Assembly: GCA_964355955.1 (NCBI GenBank)
Contig: CAYHFQ010000001.1
Location: 103,419 to 167,418 of the forward strand
Reading direction: 5' to 3'
DNA length: 64,000 nt
From: an uncultured Gammaproteobacteria bacterium
GTDB lineage: Bacteria; Patescibacteriota; Patescibacteriia; UBA9934
Shown here piece by piece: positions 45,915 through 56,049 of the stretch (position 1 is the first letter of the stretch; the number at the start of each line of letters is the position of its first letter). Below the pieces are notes generated by a model. The model was not told where the DNA came from and did no database searches. It saw only the letters and a program-made list of their open reading frames with translations. The position numbers and the translations under genes were made by a program.

Positions 45915-46070
45915 TCGCTCGCGACTGGCAGAGCAGTCCTCTTCCTAGCTGCACCTCGTCAACCGCACCAGCCGTCTCACCTCGTATGACTCGGGCGCTG
46001 GCGCAGGGCCGAGGCTGGCGTCGTCAGAGGACCACCCTGCCAGTTGCTTGCTCCTACAAGGCTCAGGCTC
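45915..46070. repeat. Structured repeat family A, copy 3
   Basis: Same core and tail; outer stem ACTGGCAG / CTGCCAGT; abuts the flippase stop codon. Confidence 0.92.
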
Positions 46071-47497
46071 TACAATTTACTAGGTGAAACGAGTTGTAAT
46101 AGCTGCTTGGGGCTGGGGCCGCCGAAGAGCGGGAGAGTGAGGAGATAAACGATGACGCCGAAGATGATGGAGAAGGTGACGTGCGGGAGGGGGATGAGCG
46201 TGACAGCGAAGTACATGATAAGGCCAGAAAGTAAGGCGGCGAGGAGGCGTTTGAGGGAGAGTTTTGTTTTGGTGGTAGTGAGAACAACGGCGGCGGTGAT
46301 GAGGGCGATGAGGGTTTCCGAGCCGAGGGTGACCCAGGCGGCGGCGATCATGCCGTAATGGCTGATGCCGTAAATGTAGCCGATGGTAGCGATGATGGCG
46401 ACGAAAAGGTAGCCAAGGATCATGGGGCGTTGTTTGTGAATGGCAACGACGGTGTGACCGAAGAGAGAGCTGACGAAGACGGCAGCAGTGGCGGGGCCGA
46501 GAATGGCGAGAATAGGGCCACCTGAGGCGAGATCGGGGTCGATGAGGGCGAGGAGAGGGCCGCCGAGAGCGATGGCACCGAGGGCATAGGGAACGGCGAG
46601 GAGAACGAGGCCGTCAAAACCGCGTTGGAGGTGTTCGCGGAAGCTCGTGTGATCGCGCTTGGCCCAGGCAAAAGTCATGAGAGGCAACATGAGACCCATG
46701 AACATGACGGGAACGGTAGTTACAACGTCGACAAATTTATAAGCGGCGGCATAGAGACCAATGTCGTGGTCGCCAATGTGGAGAAGTGACATGAAGAAGA
46801 CGTCACCCTTGAGATAAACTAAGTTCAAAGTACTGGAAAGGCCAATAGGCCAGGTGCGCAGGAAAGCGGATTTCCAGATAGTGAGGTCGATTTTTGGTTT
46901 GAGGTGACCAAATTTGAAGACGGCGAAGAGGGTGATGGTGAGTTGGACTAGGCTGCCAACGATGAAGATACTGGCGGCGATGACGATGGAGGGAGCGAAG
47001 AGGGGGAGTAAGGCGGCGAGAACAAAAACAAAGGTGCGGTTGAGAGTTTCCGCGAGGACGACGTAGTGAATAGCTAAGCGTTTTTGAAAGACGCCAGCGA
47101 ACATGGAGGCGACTGAGCCGAAGAAGAAGGAGGCGCAAGAAAGGACGGCGGCCAGTTTTACTTCGGGTGAATAGGGGAAGAAAAATACGAGGGCGGCGCC
47201 GAAACTGAGAAAGAGAAAGGCGGAGAAGAGACGCAAGGTGAGAATGCCACCCAGAATGCGTTTTTCATCGGCTTCGGGTTCCGCGATCATCTGGGCCGTG
47301 GTGAGGGTGAGGCCGAAGTCGACGATGATGGCGAAAATTGAGCCGTAGGTGAGGGCGACGGAGAGGGCACCGAGACCGGCGGTGTGCAAGTATTTGAGGA
47401 GGAGGACAAAGGTAATGAGGGAAAGCGCCGTGCCCAGGCCTTTGCCGATAATCTGGACGAGGGCGTTTTTGGCTAGTTTTTGGTTGAGTTCTGACAT
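46070..47497 (-). CDS. Wzx-type polysaccharide flippase
   Basis: LAKNALVQIIGK, VDFGL, IGLYAAAYK; about 12-14 TM helices. Confidence 0.9.
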   Translation of the reverse strand: MSELNQKLAKNALVQIIGKGLGTALSLITFVLLLKYLHTAGLGALSVALTYGSIFAIIVDFGLTLTTAQMIAEPEADEKRILGGILTLRLFSAFLFLSFGAALVFFFPYSPEVKLAAVLSCASFFFGSVASMFAGVFQKRLAIHYVVLAETLNRTFVFVLAALLPLFAPSIVIAASIFIVGSLVQLTITLFAVFKFGHLKPKIDLTIWKSAFLRTWPIGLSSTLNLVYLKGDVFFMSLLHIGDHDIGLYAAAYKFVDVVTTVPVMFMGLMLPLMTFAWAKRDHTSFREHLQRGFDGLVLLAVPYALGAIALGGPLLALIDPDLASGGPILAILGPATAAVFVSSLFGHTVVAIHKQRPMILGYLFVAIIATIGYIYGISHYGMIAAAWVTLGSETLIALITAAVVLTTTKTKLSLKRLLAALLSGLIMYFAVTLIPLPHVTFSIIFGVIVYLLTLPLFGGPSPKQLLQLVSPSKL

Positions 47498-47569
47498 ATT
47501 AGAATAGACTGAGTATGCCAGTTGCGGGAGATTATGGCTAACTATTTTTAGTGAGACTCACTCTGACTA

Positions 47570-48244
47570 TTACTTAGGCTCTTCGCCGATTAACTCGAGT
47601 CCTGTGAGGCGGGTGATGTTTTTGACTGTTAATCGGGCTTCTTCAATTGAACTATCCCGTAACAATAAGACTTTTTTCGCTCCGTTTATGACGTAGGTAC
47701 AGTAATGTTTTTCGTGTCCCGCTGACCGGTATCTGGCAGAAAATTCCACTCCCATCATTAAGTTATTAAAGTCGCTGACTTTGTGATGGCGTGTAAAGGA
47801 CCAAGGTTTACCTTGCATGATCAGAAAAGTTTTGTCTACGTTGAAGACTACAATGCGGAGTTTCAGTATGCAAAAATAAGTGACTAGGAAAGAGCAGAGG
47901 CTCATGATGAGTGCCCAGATCAGAATTTTAAGGGAGTTTTCTTGTAGGGCGAATAACGGAATATACGTACCGAGTAATAAAAAACCCGTGCCAAAAGCCA
48001 CAAAAAGAAAAGAAGTCTTTTTTCCGTCACAGTAGTAATAAGTAGCAGAATCTTCGATGCTTCGGCCTCGTACAGCAGCTATGGTTAAGAAGACGGCTAT
48101 TGCCAGAAAAACCAGGGCTAACAAATTTCCTCCAGGAAGAGCATAATCAGCTGAAATATTAATATTTCGCAAAAAAGTGATTATTGCTGCGAGTGCGAAG
48201 GTGATGGGTGCAGCGTAGTCACCCGGAGCATGAATTTGTTTCAT
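47570..48244 (-). CDS. Hypothetical 4-TM membrane protein
   Basis: Hydrophobic segments; TATACT 7 nt upstream of the ATG; AT-richer than neighbours. Confidence 0.7.
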   Translation of the reverse strand: MKQIHAPGDYAAPITFALAAIITFLRNINISADYALPGGNLLALVFLAIAVFLTIAAVRGRSIEDSATYYYCDGKKTSFLFVAFGTGFLLLGTYIPLFALQENSLKILIWALIMSLCSFLVTYFCILKLRIVVFNVDKTFLIMQGKPWSFTRHHKVSDFNNLMMGVEFSARYRSAGHEKHYCTYVINGAKKVLLLRDSSIEEARLTVKNITRLTGLELIGEEPK

Positions 48245-48399
48245 AGCGGGTAGTATAGAGGAATAATTTCAGGATCTCATGTTTGCTCTTTAAGATACAT
48301 CGAAAAATCGAACTTGGAAACACCTCGAGGTGAGTAAGGTAGGGAATATAAAATTTAGTGGATAAGTAATGCAAGAGAAAGTGCTATAATGAAGGGACT

Positions 48400-50271
48400 A
48401 TGTTGCAATGTTTCAAGCGAGTAGGTATTTTAGGGCTTGGGTTAGCTATGACCATGGGATTATTGTTGCCGGGAATGACACAGGCGGCGACGTCGATACC
48501 AGTGTTGGCGGCAATGCGGGTGACGACATCGGGTAATGGGACGTTGACGATGGCGCCAGGGGAAACTAAGGATGTGACGGTGACTTGGCAGAATATTGGT
48601 ACGCAGACGTGGAGTAATACGGGTGCTGGTTATGTTTCTTTATATACTTATGGACCGAAATATCGGGTAAGTCAGTTTGCGCCGTCGACGTGGTTGTCCG
48701 CTAGCCAAGTACAAAAGATTAAAGAGGCGACCGTGAAGAGTAAGGGTACGGCAACGGTGTCGTTTCAGTTGAAGGCGCCAACAACAGAAGGTAAGTTTAG
48801 TGAAACTTTTGCGTTGGCGTCGGAGAGTACAGCTTGGATTACGGGCGGTGATTTTACTTTAACTGTGAACGTGGCTAAGCCAGTGCCAGTGGTGGCTAAG
48901 ACTACAACGACTACGACTGCGCCCGTGGTGACGGCAGCGGATGCCGGCTTGAAGGCAGCGCTTGCCATGCAGTCGGCGAATAAGGTGAAGGCTAAGGCTG
49001 GAAAGACGGTGTCGTTGTCAGCTGGATTTACAAATACTGGGAGCAAGACCTGGACGAGTTATGGTTTGCAAACACCGGACGTCAGTGTGGCGTCGACCAG
49101 TAATGTGTCGTTTACTAATTCGACGTGGGTCGGTAGTAAATTGGCTTATGTAAGTGGGGCGGCGGTGAAACCAGGCGAAACGGCTTATGTGAGTTTTGCT
49201 ATTACGGCACCGGGCGTGAATGGCACGCATTCGGCGAAGTTTCAGTTTACGGCGAATGATGTGACCGTGAGTGAGGCCGTGATTGAGATTCCAGTAATGG
49301 TAACGGATGGTCGGAACGAGGTTGTGAACGTGGCAGAGGGAGCGACAACGTCAGTGCCTGCCGTAAATGAAGATGATGCCATTTTGGGTAACGAGATTGC
49401 GGAACCGGTGGTACGGGTTGGCGTGTTGATTGTGGATGAGGAGACGGATAACCAGGTGGTGATTACGAGCAATGAGAGTGATTTTACGGTGACTGATACG
49501 AACGGCAATTTATTAGCGGAAATGACTAAAGGCAAGAAAATGACGGCGGCTTGGGATGGTACGCGCTACACTTTTGACCGTGGGAATGGATTAGAGAAGT
49601 CGACCTATCCTCTGCGCTTTGTGCCGAAGATAGCAAATGCGGTGATGTTGGTAGCTAATTTTGATCGAACCGTTACCCGCGGTAGCAGCAATGCTGATAA
49701 TACTTTTCGCAACGTGTTGGAGTTGCGTTATAACGACGTGAAGTCGCGTAGTTGGTTGATTAATGAGTTGCCAATGGAGTTTTATTTGAAGGGTTTGGCT
49801 GAGACTTCCAATGTTTCTCATATTGAGTTTCAGAAAGCGTTGATCACGGCGGCCAGAACTTATGCGTTTTACCACTGGACGCGAAATACTAAGCATGACG
49901 GTGAAGGTTTTCACGTCGACGCTTATTCCGATCAGGTTTATAAAGGTCATGGGCAAGAGGTGAGGACGCCGCGCTTGAGTCAGGCGGTGGATGCAACACG
50001 AGGTGAGATTGTGACGTATAACGGTGAGACGGCGATTACGGCTTATTTCTCGAGGAGTGCTGGTAAGACGCTTGATTGGAGCGAAGTGTGGGGTGGTAAT
50101 GTGCCGTGGAGCAAGAGTGTGCCGGTGCCGTGCGATGTTGGTAAGACGCTGTGGGGACATGGCATTGGGATGTCGGCTTCGGGAGCCTTGTGTATGGCGA
50201 ATGACGGCAAGTTGTGGGAGGAAATTATCAAATACTTCTATACTGGCGTTGCCTTAGATAAGAGATGGTAG
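48400..50271 (+). CDS. SpoIID/LytB-domain protein with two NBR1-Ig-like domains
   Basis: Repeated N.G..TW...V.PG...VSF...AP; NELPMEFYLKGLAE, KALITAARTYA, DQVYKG, WGHGIGMSASGA, IIKYFYTG. Confidence 0.88.
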   Translation: MLQCFKRVGILGLGLAMTMGLLLPGMTQAATSIPVLAAMRVTTSGNGTLTMAPGETKDVTVTWQNIGTQTWSNTGAGYVSLYTYGPKYRVSQFAPSTWLSASQVQKIKEATVKSKGTATVSFQLKAPTTEGKFSETFALASESTAWITGGDFTLTVNVAKPVPVVAKTTTTTTAPVVTAADAGLKAALAMQSANKVKAKAGKTVSLSAGFTNTGSKTWTSYGLQTPDVSVASTSNVSFTNSTWVGSKLAYVSGAAVKPGETAYVSFAITAPGVNGTHSAKFQFTANDVTVSEAVIEIPVMVTDGRNEVVNVAEGATTSVPAVNEDDAILGNEIAEPVVRVGVLIVDEETDNQVVITSNESDFTVTDTNGNLLAEMTKGKKMTAAWDGTRYTFDRGNGLEKSTYPLRFVPKIANAVMLVANFDRTVTRGSSNADNTFRNVLELRYNDVKSRSWLINELPMEFYLKGLAETSNVSHIEFQKALITAARTYAFYHWTRNTKHDGEGFHVDAYSDQVYKGHGQEVRTPRLSQAVDATRGEIVTYNGETAITAYFSRSAGKTLDWSEVWGGNVPWSKSVPVPCDVGKTLWGHGIGMSASGALCMANDGKLWEEIIKYFYTGVALDKRW

Positions 50272-50274
50272 GTT

Positions 50275-51327
50275 ATGAATAAAGTTATCGTGATCGCTTT
50301 GTTTGCCATTTTCAGTGCTTCGTTCGCGAAGTCTGCTTTGGCAGTGAGTCCGCTTGAGGCTATTTATGCGGCCAGACCAGATTTGCAGAAGGCGTTTGAT
50401 AAGACAGAACAGCATGAGGCGATTACGGGATCCGCAGCTGGTTTTTTGATGAATTTAGAGGATTGGGCTAGGCAGTATGGTTGGCAGACACACCTAGAGC
50501 TAGATATGTACAAGCCGGTTGGTACAATACCGGCCAGGTTGGCGAAGGCTGGAGCTCAGCCGAAGGTGACGGCGGCGAAGTACGTGGTGATTGATGATGC
50601 TAGTGGTGAAATTTTGGCCGCGAATAAGGCTGGTGAGATTTGGCCGATAGCATCTATTACGAAATTGATGACGACGGGATTGGCACTCGATAGCGGACTT
50701 GATGTTGGTGGCGTGGGAGATGTTAAGATGAGTGACGAGGTGGGAGGAGCGAGATTGAATGTGGTGAATGGAACGAAGTTCATGATTCGTGATTTGTTGG
50801 CGGCGACGTTGGTTGGCTCGGCCAATAATGCGGCGAATGCGGTGGCGCGGTTAACGGGATTATCGAAAACAGATTTTGTGACGGCTATGAATGCTAGAGC
50901 GACTAAGCTTGGCTTGGCACAGACGCAGTTTGTCGACCCAACAGGAATTGAGTTAGGTAACGTGTCGACAGCACGAGAGGTGGCGTATTTTGCTAAAAAG
51001 GCTTTTGATAATGAAAATATTCGACATTTTGCGGGGTCGTCCAGAATTCATCTGGCGGCTTTGAATGATGCCAACTATGTGCGAGATATAGCGAGTACAA
51101 ACTGGATGCTCTATAACTCGGCGTATGATGATTTTTACGTAACAGCAGGTAAGACTGGTTTTTTGAATGAGTCCGGTTGGAACGCGGTGGTGCAGTTGCA
51201 CCCGATGAGCGATAAAGATGCGCGACGTTCGCTGACTGTTGTTGTGCTGGGGGCTGAAAGTAGGCGAGCTAGTTTTGATGATGTGGCGGCGTTAGCGAAA
51301 AGCGCGTGGAGTAACTTTAGTTGGTAA
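50275..51327 (+). CDS. D-alanyl-D-alanine carboxypeptidase/endopeptidase (S11)
   Basis: PIASITKLM (SxxK), SANNAA, FVDPTG, GKTGF. Confidence 0.92.
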   Translation: MNKVIVIALFAIFSASFAKSALAVSPLEAIYAARPDLQKAFDKTEQHEAITGSAAGFLMNLEDWARQYGWQTHLELDMYKPVGTIPARLAKAGAQPKVTAAKYVVIDDASGEILAANKAGEIWPIASITKLMTTGLALDSGLDVGGVGDVKMSDEVGGARLNVVNGTKFMIRDLLAATLVGSANNAANAVARLTGLSKTDFVTAMNARATKLGLAQTQFVDPTGIELGNVSTAREVAYFAKKAFDNENIRHFAGSSRIHLAALNDANYVRDIASTNWMLYNSAYDDFYVTAGKTGFLNESGWNAVVQLHPMSDKDARRSLTVVVLGAESRRASFDDVAALAKSAWSNFSW

Positions 51328-51373
51328 CCGCAAATGACAAAGTCTGTAAGCCTTGGCAGGGTTAAAAGGTTAG

Positions 51374-51392
51374 TGTATGATTTTGTCATACA
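51374..51392. promoter_or_regulatory. Operator palindrome of the TA operon
   Basis: TGTATGA-N5-TCATACA, overlapping a TATGAT -10. Confidence 0.6.
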
Positions 51393-51410
51393 GTTAAATT
51401 AGACAAGAAT

Positions 51411-51629
51411 ATGCGCTCGGTTATTTCTATTTCGTTACCAGCCACGATTACAAAAAGTATTGAACAAGACATGAAGACAGAACATTTTGCTTCAAAAAGT
51501 GAGTTTTTTAGGCACTTATATAGAGATTGGAGAGCCGCTAAGTTGGCTAGAGAATTTGCTGAAGAAGATAAAAATCTTAAACCTGGTGATACTAAAGTGA
51601 TGAAGAAAGTGACCGATCTTTGGGCGTAA
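51411..51629 (+). CDS. Ribbon-helix-helix antitoxin (CopG-like)
   Basis: ISISLP...FASKSEFFRHL. Confidence 0.82.
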   Translation: MRSVISISLPATITKSIEQDMKTEHFASKSEFFRHLYRDWRAAKLAREFAEEDKNLKPGDTKVMKKVTDLWA

Positions 51630-51631
51630 TT

Positions 51632-51889
51632 ATGATTATTTCCACGAAGCCAAGGTTTCGTCGAGAGGCCAAGAAGTTGCCAGATACTATTAAGGAAATT
51701 CTTGGAGAAAAGATTTTAATATTTCAAGAAGATGTATACGATAATCGGCTACATACTCATAAACTGAAGGGAAGTCTGGCGAGGTTTTGGGCGTTTTCAC
51801 TAAATGCAAAGTTTAGAGTGATGTTTGAATTTATCGATGATGACGAGGTGACGCTGCGATCTGTTGGCGATCATAGTATTTATGACTAG
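51632..51889 (+). CDS. RelE/YafQ-family toxin
   Basis: FRREAKKL, LHTHKLKG, FRVMFEF, VGDHSIY. Confidence 0.88.
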   Translation: MIISTKPRFRREAKKLPDTIKEILGEKILIFQEDVYDNRLHTHKLKGSLARFWAFSLNAKFRVMFEFIDDDEVTLRSVGDHSIYD

Positions 51890-51933
51890 ATTATTGTGGT
51901 AGAATGAGGGTAATACTCATCATGTTTTTTGGT

Positions 51934-54900
51934 ATGTCAGATTTTTCGGATCGGGGTCATGATCAGCCGGTGTTTGTTGATGATGAGGAGAAGAATGAAA
52001 GACTGGCTGCTGAAAAGGCGCTGGCGTGGTTGAAGGCTATTTTAAGACAGACAGATGCACGAATGATCACGGCTGAGTCTTTGGAGAGGGCATTAACAGA
52101 TGCACCAGAGGCTGAGGTGGCCGATATTTTGCAGCAAAAAGTGACAGATTTGATGCTGGAGGTTTATTATTCGTCGGGAAATACCGGACAAGTAAAGGGA
52201 AGTGAAGATGCAGTGCAAATATATTTAGCTTTCTTGGATGCCTCGACTGCTATGACGCCGCATGAGTTTAGTGCGGTTGAGCGTTTACATCATGAGTTGA
52301 AACATCATTTCTCGCAGTTAGCAATGTTAAAGCCAAGAAATAAAGAAGATGAGGCCATTATTCATCATTTGGAGTGGGTGAAGAATAAGTTTGAGGCGGC
52401 AGCTGGAGATTTTGCGGAAGCTAAGGAGTTTGTGGCGGCGAGTGTGAAGGGTGATTTAGTCGGTGATATTAAAGAGCGAATGGCACATGAGGCGGATGAA
52501 ATAGCTGAGGGGCGCGAATTATCACTGAACGAACAAATAAGTGTGGATCGTTTAAGGAGTAGTTTAGATTCTGTTTTTTTTGCTACTGAGCCTGACGAGA
52601 AGGAGGCTAACCCAGAAAGTTTGATTAAGGATTTGCATGATTTAGGACAACACAAGGAAGTTATTGAGGTAATATCAGCTGTCAACGTGTATGTGCGAGA
52701 TTTTCTTGCACTACCATTAGAGGATCAGAGTTATCGCGATGTCAGATATTTCTATAAGTTAATGTTGAATGATTTAGTGGTCTTGTCGACTATTTATAAG
52801 GTTTTGAAGTCAGAAGAAAGAGAAGTCGCGAATAGTTTGAAGGCGATTATTGAGGAAAAGATGCCGGAAGTAGAAAAATTAGTGGCTCAGTTTGCAGCTG
52901 ATAAAGAAATACAATTGGAGGATAAGGTAGATAAGTATAAGGATGATTTTGATAATTGTATATTTAATCCGTCAGAAGAAGCCATTAAGGTTTTTAAACC
53001 GGCAATTGAAGGATTGCAAAATTTGCAGCGTGAAGACGTTGTGCTCGAATTATTGCAGGACCAAATAAGTGAGGCGAAGATGTTTTTTGATAAGACGTAT
53101 GATTTAGAATGGTTACAAAAGTGGTTGGAGAAGTCTCACGCTCGGTTAGAATTGCTAGATAGTTTGGGCGATATAAAAATATCTGAGGAGGAAGCTCAAT
53201 TGTTAGAGGAACTGCGTCGTTGTTGGATAGAAAAAATGCAGGATACGCAAAAACTGATAGAGCGAATAATAGCGGAGGATGAGAATCAAGTGGAAGAGGC
53301 TATGAAATTGAAGAAAGCACAGGGTTCGTTGCTTGGTACTCTTGGTAAACATGCTGGTAGGTTAGAGGCTGGAGAAAAGGCAGAATTGACGGCGGAGCAG
53401 GGTAAATTGTTGGGTTTGTTGAGGAGGCATGAGGATAAGATCGAGATGAGTGAGGTGCCAGAGCAGATTAATTTGTCGGAAGCAGAGGCGCTAAAACTGC
53501 AGGGAAGATTGTTTCTATTTGTGTTACAGAAAAATGTTGGTGAATTACAAAAAACTGTTGATTTATTACGTATAGGTAAGAGGTCAGATTTAGTGCTACA
53601 GGAAATTTCGGAAGAAAGAGGCAGGGCTATACTGTCCGATTTCGTTATTGGCTCAGGCGAGCATATTAACGTGTGGTTAAAGATCAATAATTTAACAGTT
53701 GGTGAACGGGCAGCTCTGCAAGATTGGCAAGATTATGTGGAGATAAAAAAGAGAATGTGGGATAGTAATTCAGCGCGGCATAAGGCTGAGTACGAAGCAG
53801 AGCAAGAAATGAATAAGGCTAGTAGATTAGCTGATTTTAAGCGTTGGTTGAGTGGTGAGGAGGAAGGTGATAAAGGTTTTGCGCAAGGTTGTTTAAATGA
53901 TTTACACGGTCAAAAACAGTTTGCAGCGGTAGAGCAGTTGCTGCAAAAAGAGCTACGTTCAGTTGGTATAGAAGGTATTAGAGATTTCTTAGTGAGTGAA
54001 GATGCTGAAAAAATTGCTGCTTGGATCAAGAGAACCAAAAATGTACTGGCGGTATTTGATGCGATTAGTGAGGACTATAAGCAGCCGAATGAGCGAGCTA
54101 TTGAGTTGTTGTACCGTCAGAAAACTCAATTCACCTTGCCGAGAATGGAGAGCAGGTTGCAGACAGTGTTGAAGGGTCAGACTAAGGAAGCTGTAGAAAA
54201 AAAAGAGGTGGATGATTTAGCTAAACAATTAGATAGGGCATTAATTGGTGATCACTCTGGTGTATTAAACGCCCTAAATTATGTCGAAAAATTGATTGCT
54301 AAGGGACAACGAAGAGAAATTGAGGGATCATTAGTTTGGCTGGTGGAAGGACTTAATAATGAGGTTGGAATGAACCGAATACTGGAAAGTGGAAAAGCTG
54401 GTATCGCTCTTGAACTAGAAAAGCGGGCACGTGTTCTAACGGAGCTCGCTAACCTGGATCATATATTGAATGGTGAAGAAAAGAAGATAGTCGAACGTTA
54501 TAAGACCTTGGAAAAGCCAGGAACGCAGTTATTGAAGGATAAATTAGAGGCGTTAAGGGCAGCGGAGACCGAAATGTTGTTGGATAAGTGGGCTCATGCT
54601 TTGTACGATGATGATGCGAATATTGAATTTGCTAAATCGTTGTTGTATTCGTTGCATGAGAATAAAGCATTTGAAGATGCAGCGTGGAAATTACGTAATG
54701 AAGTGCGTCTTCAGTTAGATGACGCGAGAACGGCTATTGAATCTGGTGGCATTGAAGAGGTTAACGGTTGGTTGAAACATCAGGAACATTTGTTAGGTAT
54801 TTTTGGAGTAATCGCAAATTTTGCAACTTCAGATGAAAAGGCGGTGGAGAAGGAATATACAGAGGATGCGCAAATTTTGGAAGTGCAGATTAAGGCCAAG

Positions 54901-55251
54901 AGAGACAAACTGCTCGGTAAGAAATTAGTGGATGTAAAGCCAGTAGATAAGGTGGCGGGTGGAGCAGCAGAAAAGAAGGAACTAAGCGATGAAGAGCGTC
55001 GTGAGATTGTGACTACGCAATTGAGTTTAGGGAGTTTTGGTTATGCTGAGCAGTTGCTAGCAAAATGGTGGCCGGATAATGAGCGTTGGTTCACTGATTC
55101 AGAACTGAGACAGGCGGCGCAAGAAGGGATTGAGAAACAATGGAAGGAAAAGCCGCTCATGAGGTCGATTTTGGAGAAGTTTATTAAAAAGTTTGAACTA
55201 TATACGCCGGTTGAACCGAAGCCCGTGAGGAAGAGTAAGAAGAATATTTAA
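51934..55251 (+). CDS. Large acidic all-helical hypothetical protein with degenerate repeats
   Basis: About 1100 aa, E/K/L-rich, no signal peptide. Start uncertain (51904-51934). Confidence 0.8.
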   Translation: MSDFSDRGHDQPVFVDDEEKNERLAAEKALAWLKAILRQTDARMITAESLERALTDAPEAEVADILQQKVTDLMLEVYYSSGNTGQVKGSEDAVQIYLAFLDASTAMTPHEFSAVERLHHELKHHFSQLAMLKPRNKEDEAIIHHLEWVKNKFEAAAGDFAEAKEFVAASVKGDLVGDIKERMAHEADEIAEGRELSLNEQISVDRLRSSLDSVFFATEPDEKEANPESLIKDLHDLGQHKEVIEVISAVNVYVRDFLALPLEDQSYRDVRYFYKLMLNDLVVLSTIYKVLKSEEREVANSLKAIIEEKMPEVEKLVAQFAADKEIQLEDKVDKYKDDFDNCIFNPSEEAIKVFKPAIEGLQNLQREDVVLELLQDQISEAKMFFDKTYDLEWLQKWLEKSHARLELLDSLGDIKISEEEAQLLEELRRCWIEKMQDTQKLIERIIAEDENQVEEAMKLKKAQGSLLGTLGKHAGRLEAGEKAELTAEQGKLLGLLRRHEDKIEMSEVPEQINLSEAEALKLQGRLFLFVLQKNVGELQKTVDLLRIGKRSDLVLQEISEERGRAILSDFVIGSGEHINVWLKINNLTVGERAALQDWQDYVEIKKRMWDSNSARHKAEYEAEQEMNKASRLADFKRWLSGEEEGDKGFAQGCLNDLHGQKQFAAVEQLLQKELRSVGIEGIRDFLVSEDAEKIAAWIKRTKNVLAVFDAISEDYKQPNERAIELLYRQKTQFTLPRMESRLQTVLKGQTKEAVEKKEVDDLAKQLDRALIGDHSGVLNALNYVEKLIAKGQRREIEGSLVWLVEGLNNEVGMNRILESGKAGIALELEKRARVLTELANLDHILNGEEKKIVERYKTLEKPGTQLLKDKLEALRAAETEMLLDKWAHALYDDDANIEFAKSLLYSLHENKAFEDAAWKLRNEVRLQLDDARTAIESGGIEEVNGWLKHQEHLLGIFGVIANFATSDEKAVEKEYTEDAQILEVQIKAKRDKLLGKKLVDVKPVDKVAGGAAEKKELSDEERREIVTTQLSLGSFGYAEQLLAKWWPDNERWFTDSELRQAAQEGIEKQWKEKPLMRSILEKFIKKFELYTPVEPKPVRKSKKNI

Positions 55252-55252
55252 T

Positions 55253-55384
55253 GCTCGCAACCGCCATTTCTCCTCTTCCTAGCTGCGCCTCGTCAACCGC
55301 ACCACCCGTCTCACCTCGTATGACTCGGGCGGTGGCGCAGGGCCGAGGCTGGCGTCGTCATAGGAGAAATGGCAGTCGCTCGCT
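55253..55384. repeat. Structured repeat family A, copy 4
   Basis: Outer stem GCCATTTCTCCT / AGGAGAAATGGC, with a compensatory change relative to copy 1; starts 2 nt after a stop codon. Confidence 0.92.
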
Positions 55385-55401
55385 GAAACCAAGTGAAATA
55401 C

Positions 55402-55428
55402 AAAAGCTCGGCTGAGGCCGGGCTTTTT
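55402..55428. terminator. Bidirectional terminator
   Basis: AAAAGCTCGGC-TGAG-GCCGGGCTTTTT. Confidence 0.7.
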
Positions 55429-55434
55429 GGTGTT

Positions 55435-56049
55435 CTAAGTGAGGTGACTGGTTGGCGGCTCGGTGGGAATAGCGTGAGATGGTGTGCGTTCTTCGTGTTC
55501 CAGGAGGGAAGCGTCGCCACGGCGGTGCTTACAGTCAGCTACGAGTTTGGCGATGGTGAGTTTGATGTCGTCGGGGTTGTCGATGTTTTTGAATTGAAAA
55601 CGCTCACGTTCGGCAGCAGTTTGAATGAAGACATTGCCATAAGTGAGAAAAGTGCCAAGAAAACCATTAGTTTCACTGGTGATATCCTGTACCTGGTTGA
55701 GGCGCAGTTCGGACACGGTGCGAGAGAAGAGGCCGTGTTGTTCAATGTTGATGACGCGTTCTGTGGTGACAATCCAGACGTCGAGGAAATAGTCAGTGAT
55801 TTGAGCCATGGTAATGACGGCGACGACCAACATGTAGCAACCGAGGAGCAGAGTGAGGGCCGGACCCCAGAATGGCTGGCTCATGATGGTGAGGTGACCG
55901 AGTTTGATAGCACCCCAGATGGCAAAGGGGACGATGGTCATGGCGAGGGTAAAGAAAAAGGCGCTGGCCAAGTCGAGCCAGAAGCGACGAAGGAAAAGTA
56001 CGGTGACCTCACCGCTTTCTTGGTTTGGAAGGGCTTTTAAGCTGATCAT
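55435..56049 (-). CDS. Membrane protein with bacterial PH domain (bPH_2)
   Basis: Two TM helices, then WIVTTERVINIEQHGLFSRTVSEL...VQDI...YGNVFIQTA. Confidence 0.85.
   Translation of the reverse strand: MISLKALPNQESGEVTVLFLRRFWLDLASAFFFTLAMTIVPFAIWGAIKLGHLTIMSQPFWGPALTLLLGCYMLVVAVITMAQITDYFLDVWIVTTERVINIEQHGLFSRTVSELRLNQVQDITSETNGFLGTFLTYGNVFIQTAAERERFQFKNIDNPDDIKLTIAKLVADCKHRRGDASLLEHEERTPSHAIPTEPPTSHLT

Noticed and set aside
55393-56040. 215-aa plus-strand ORF
   Set aside because: Antisense to the PH-domain gene, which has recognisable motifs.
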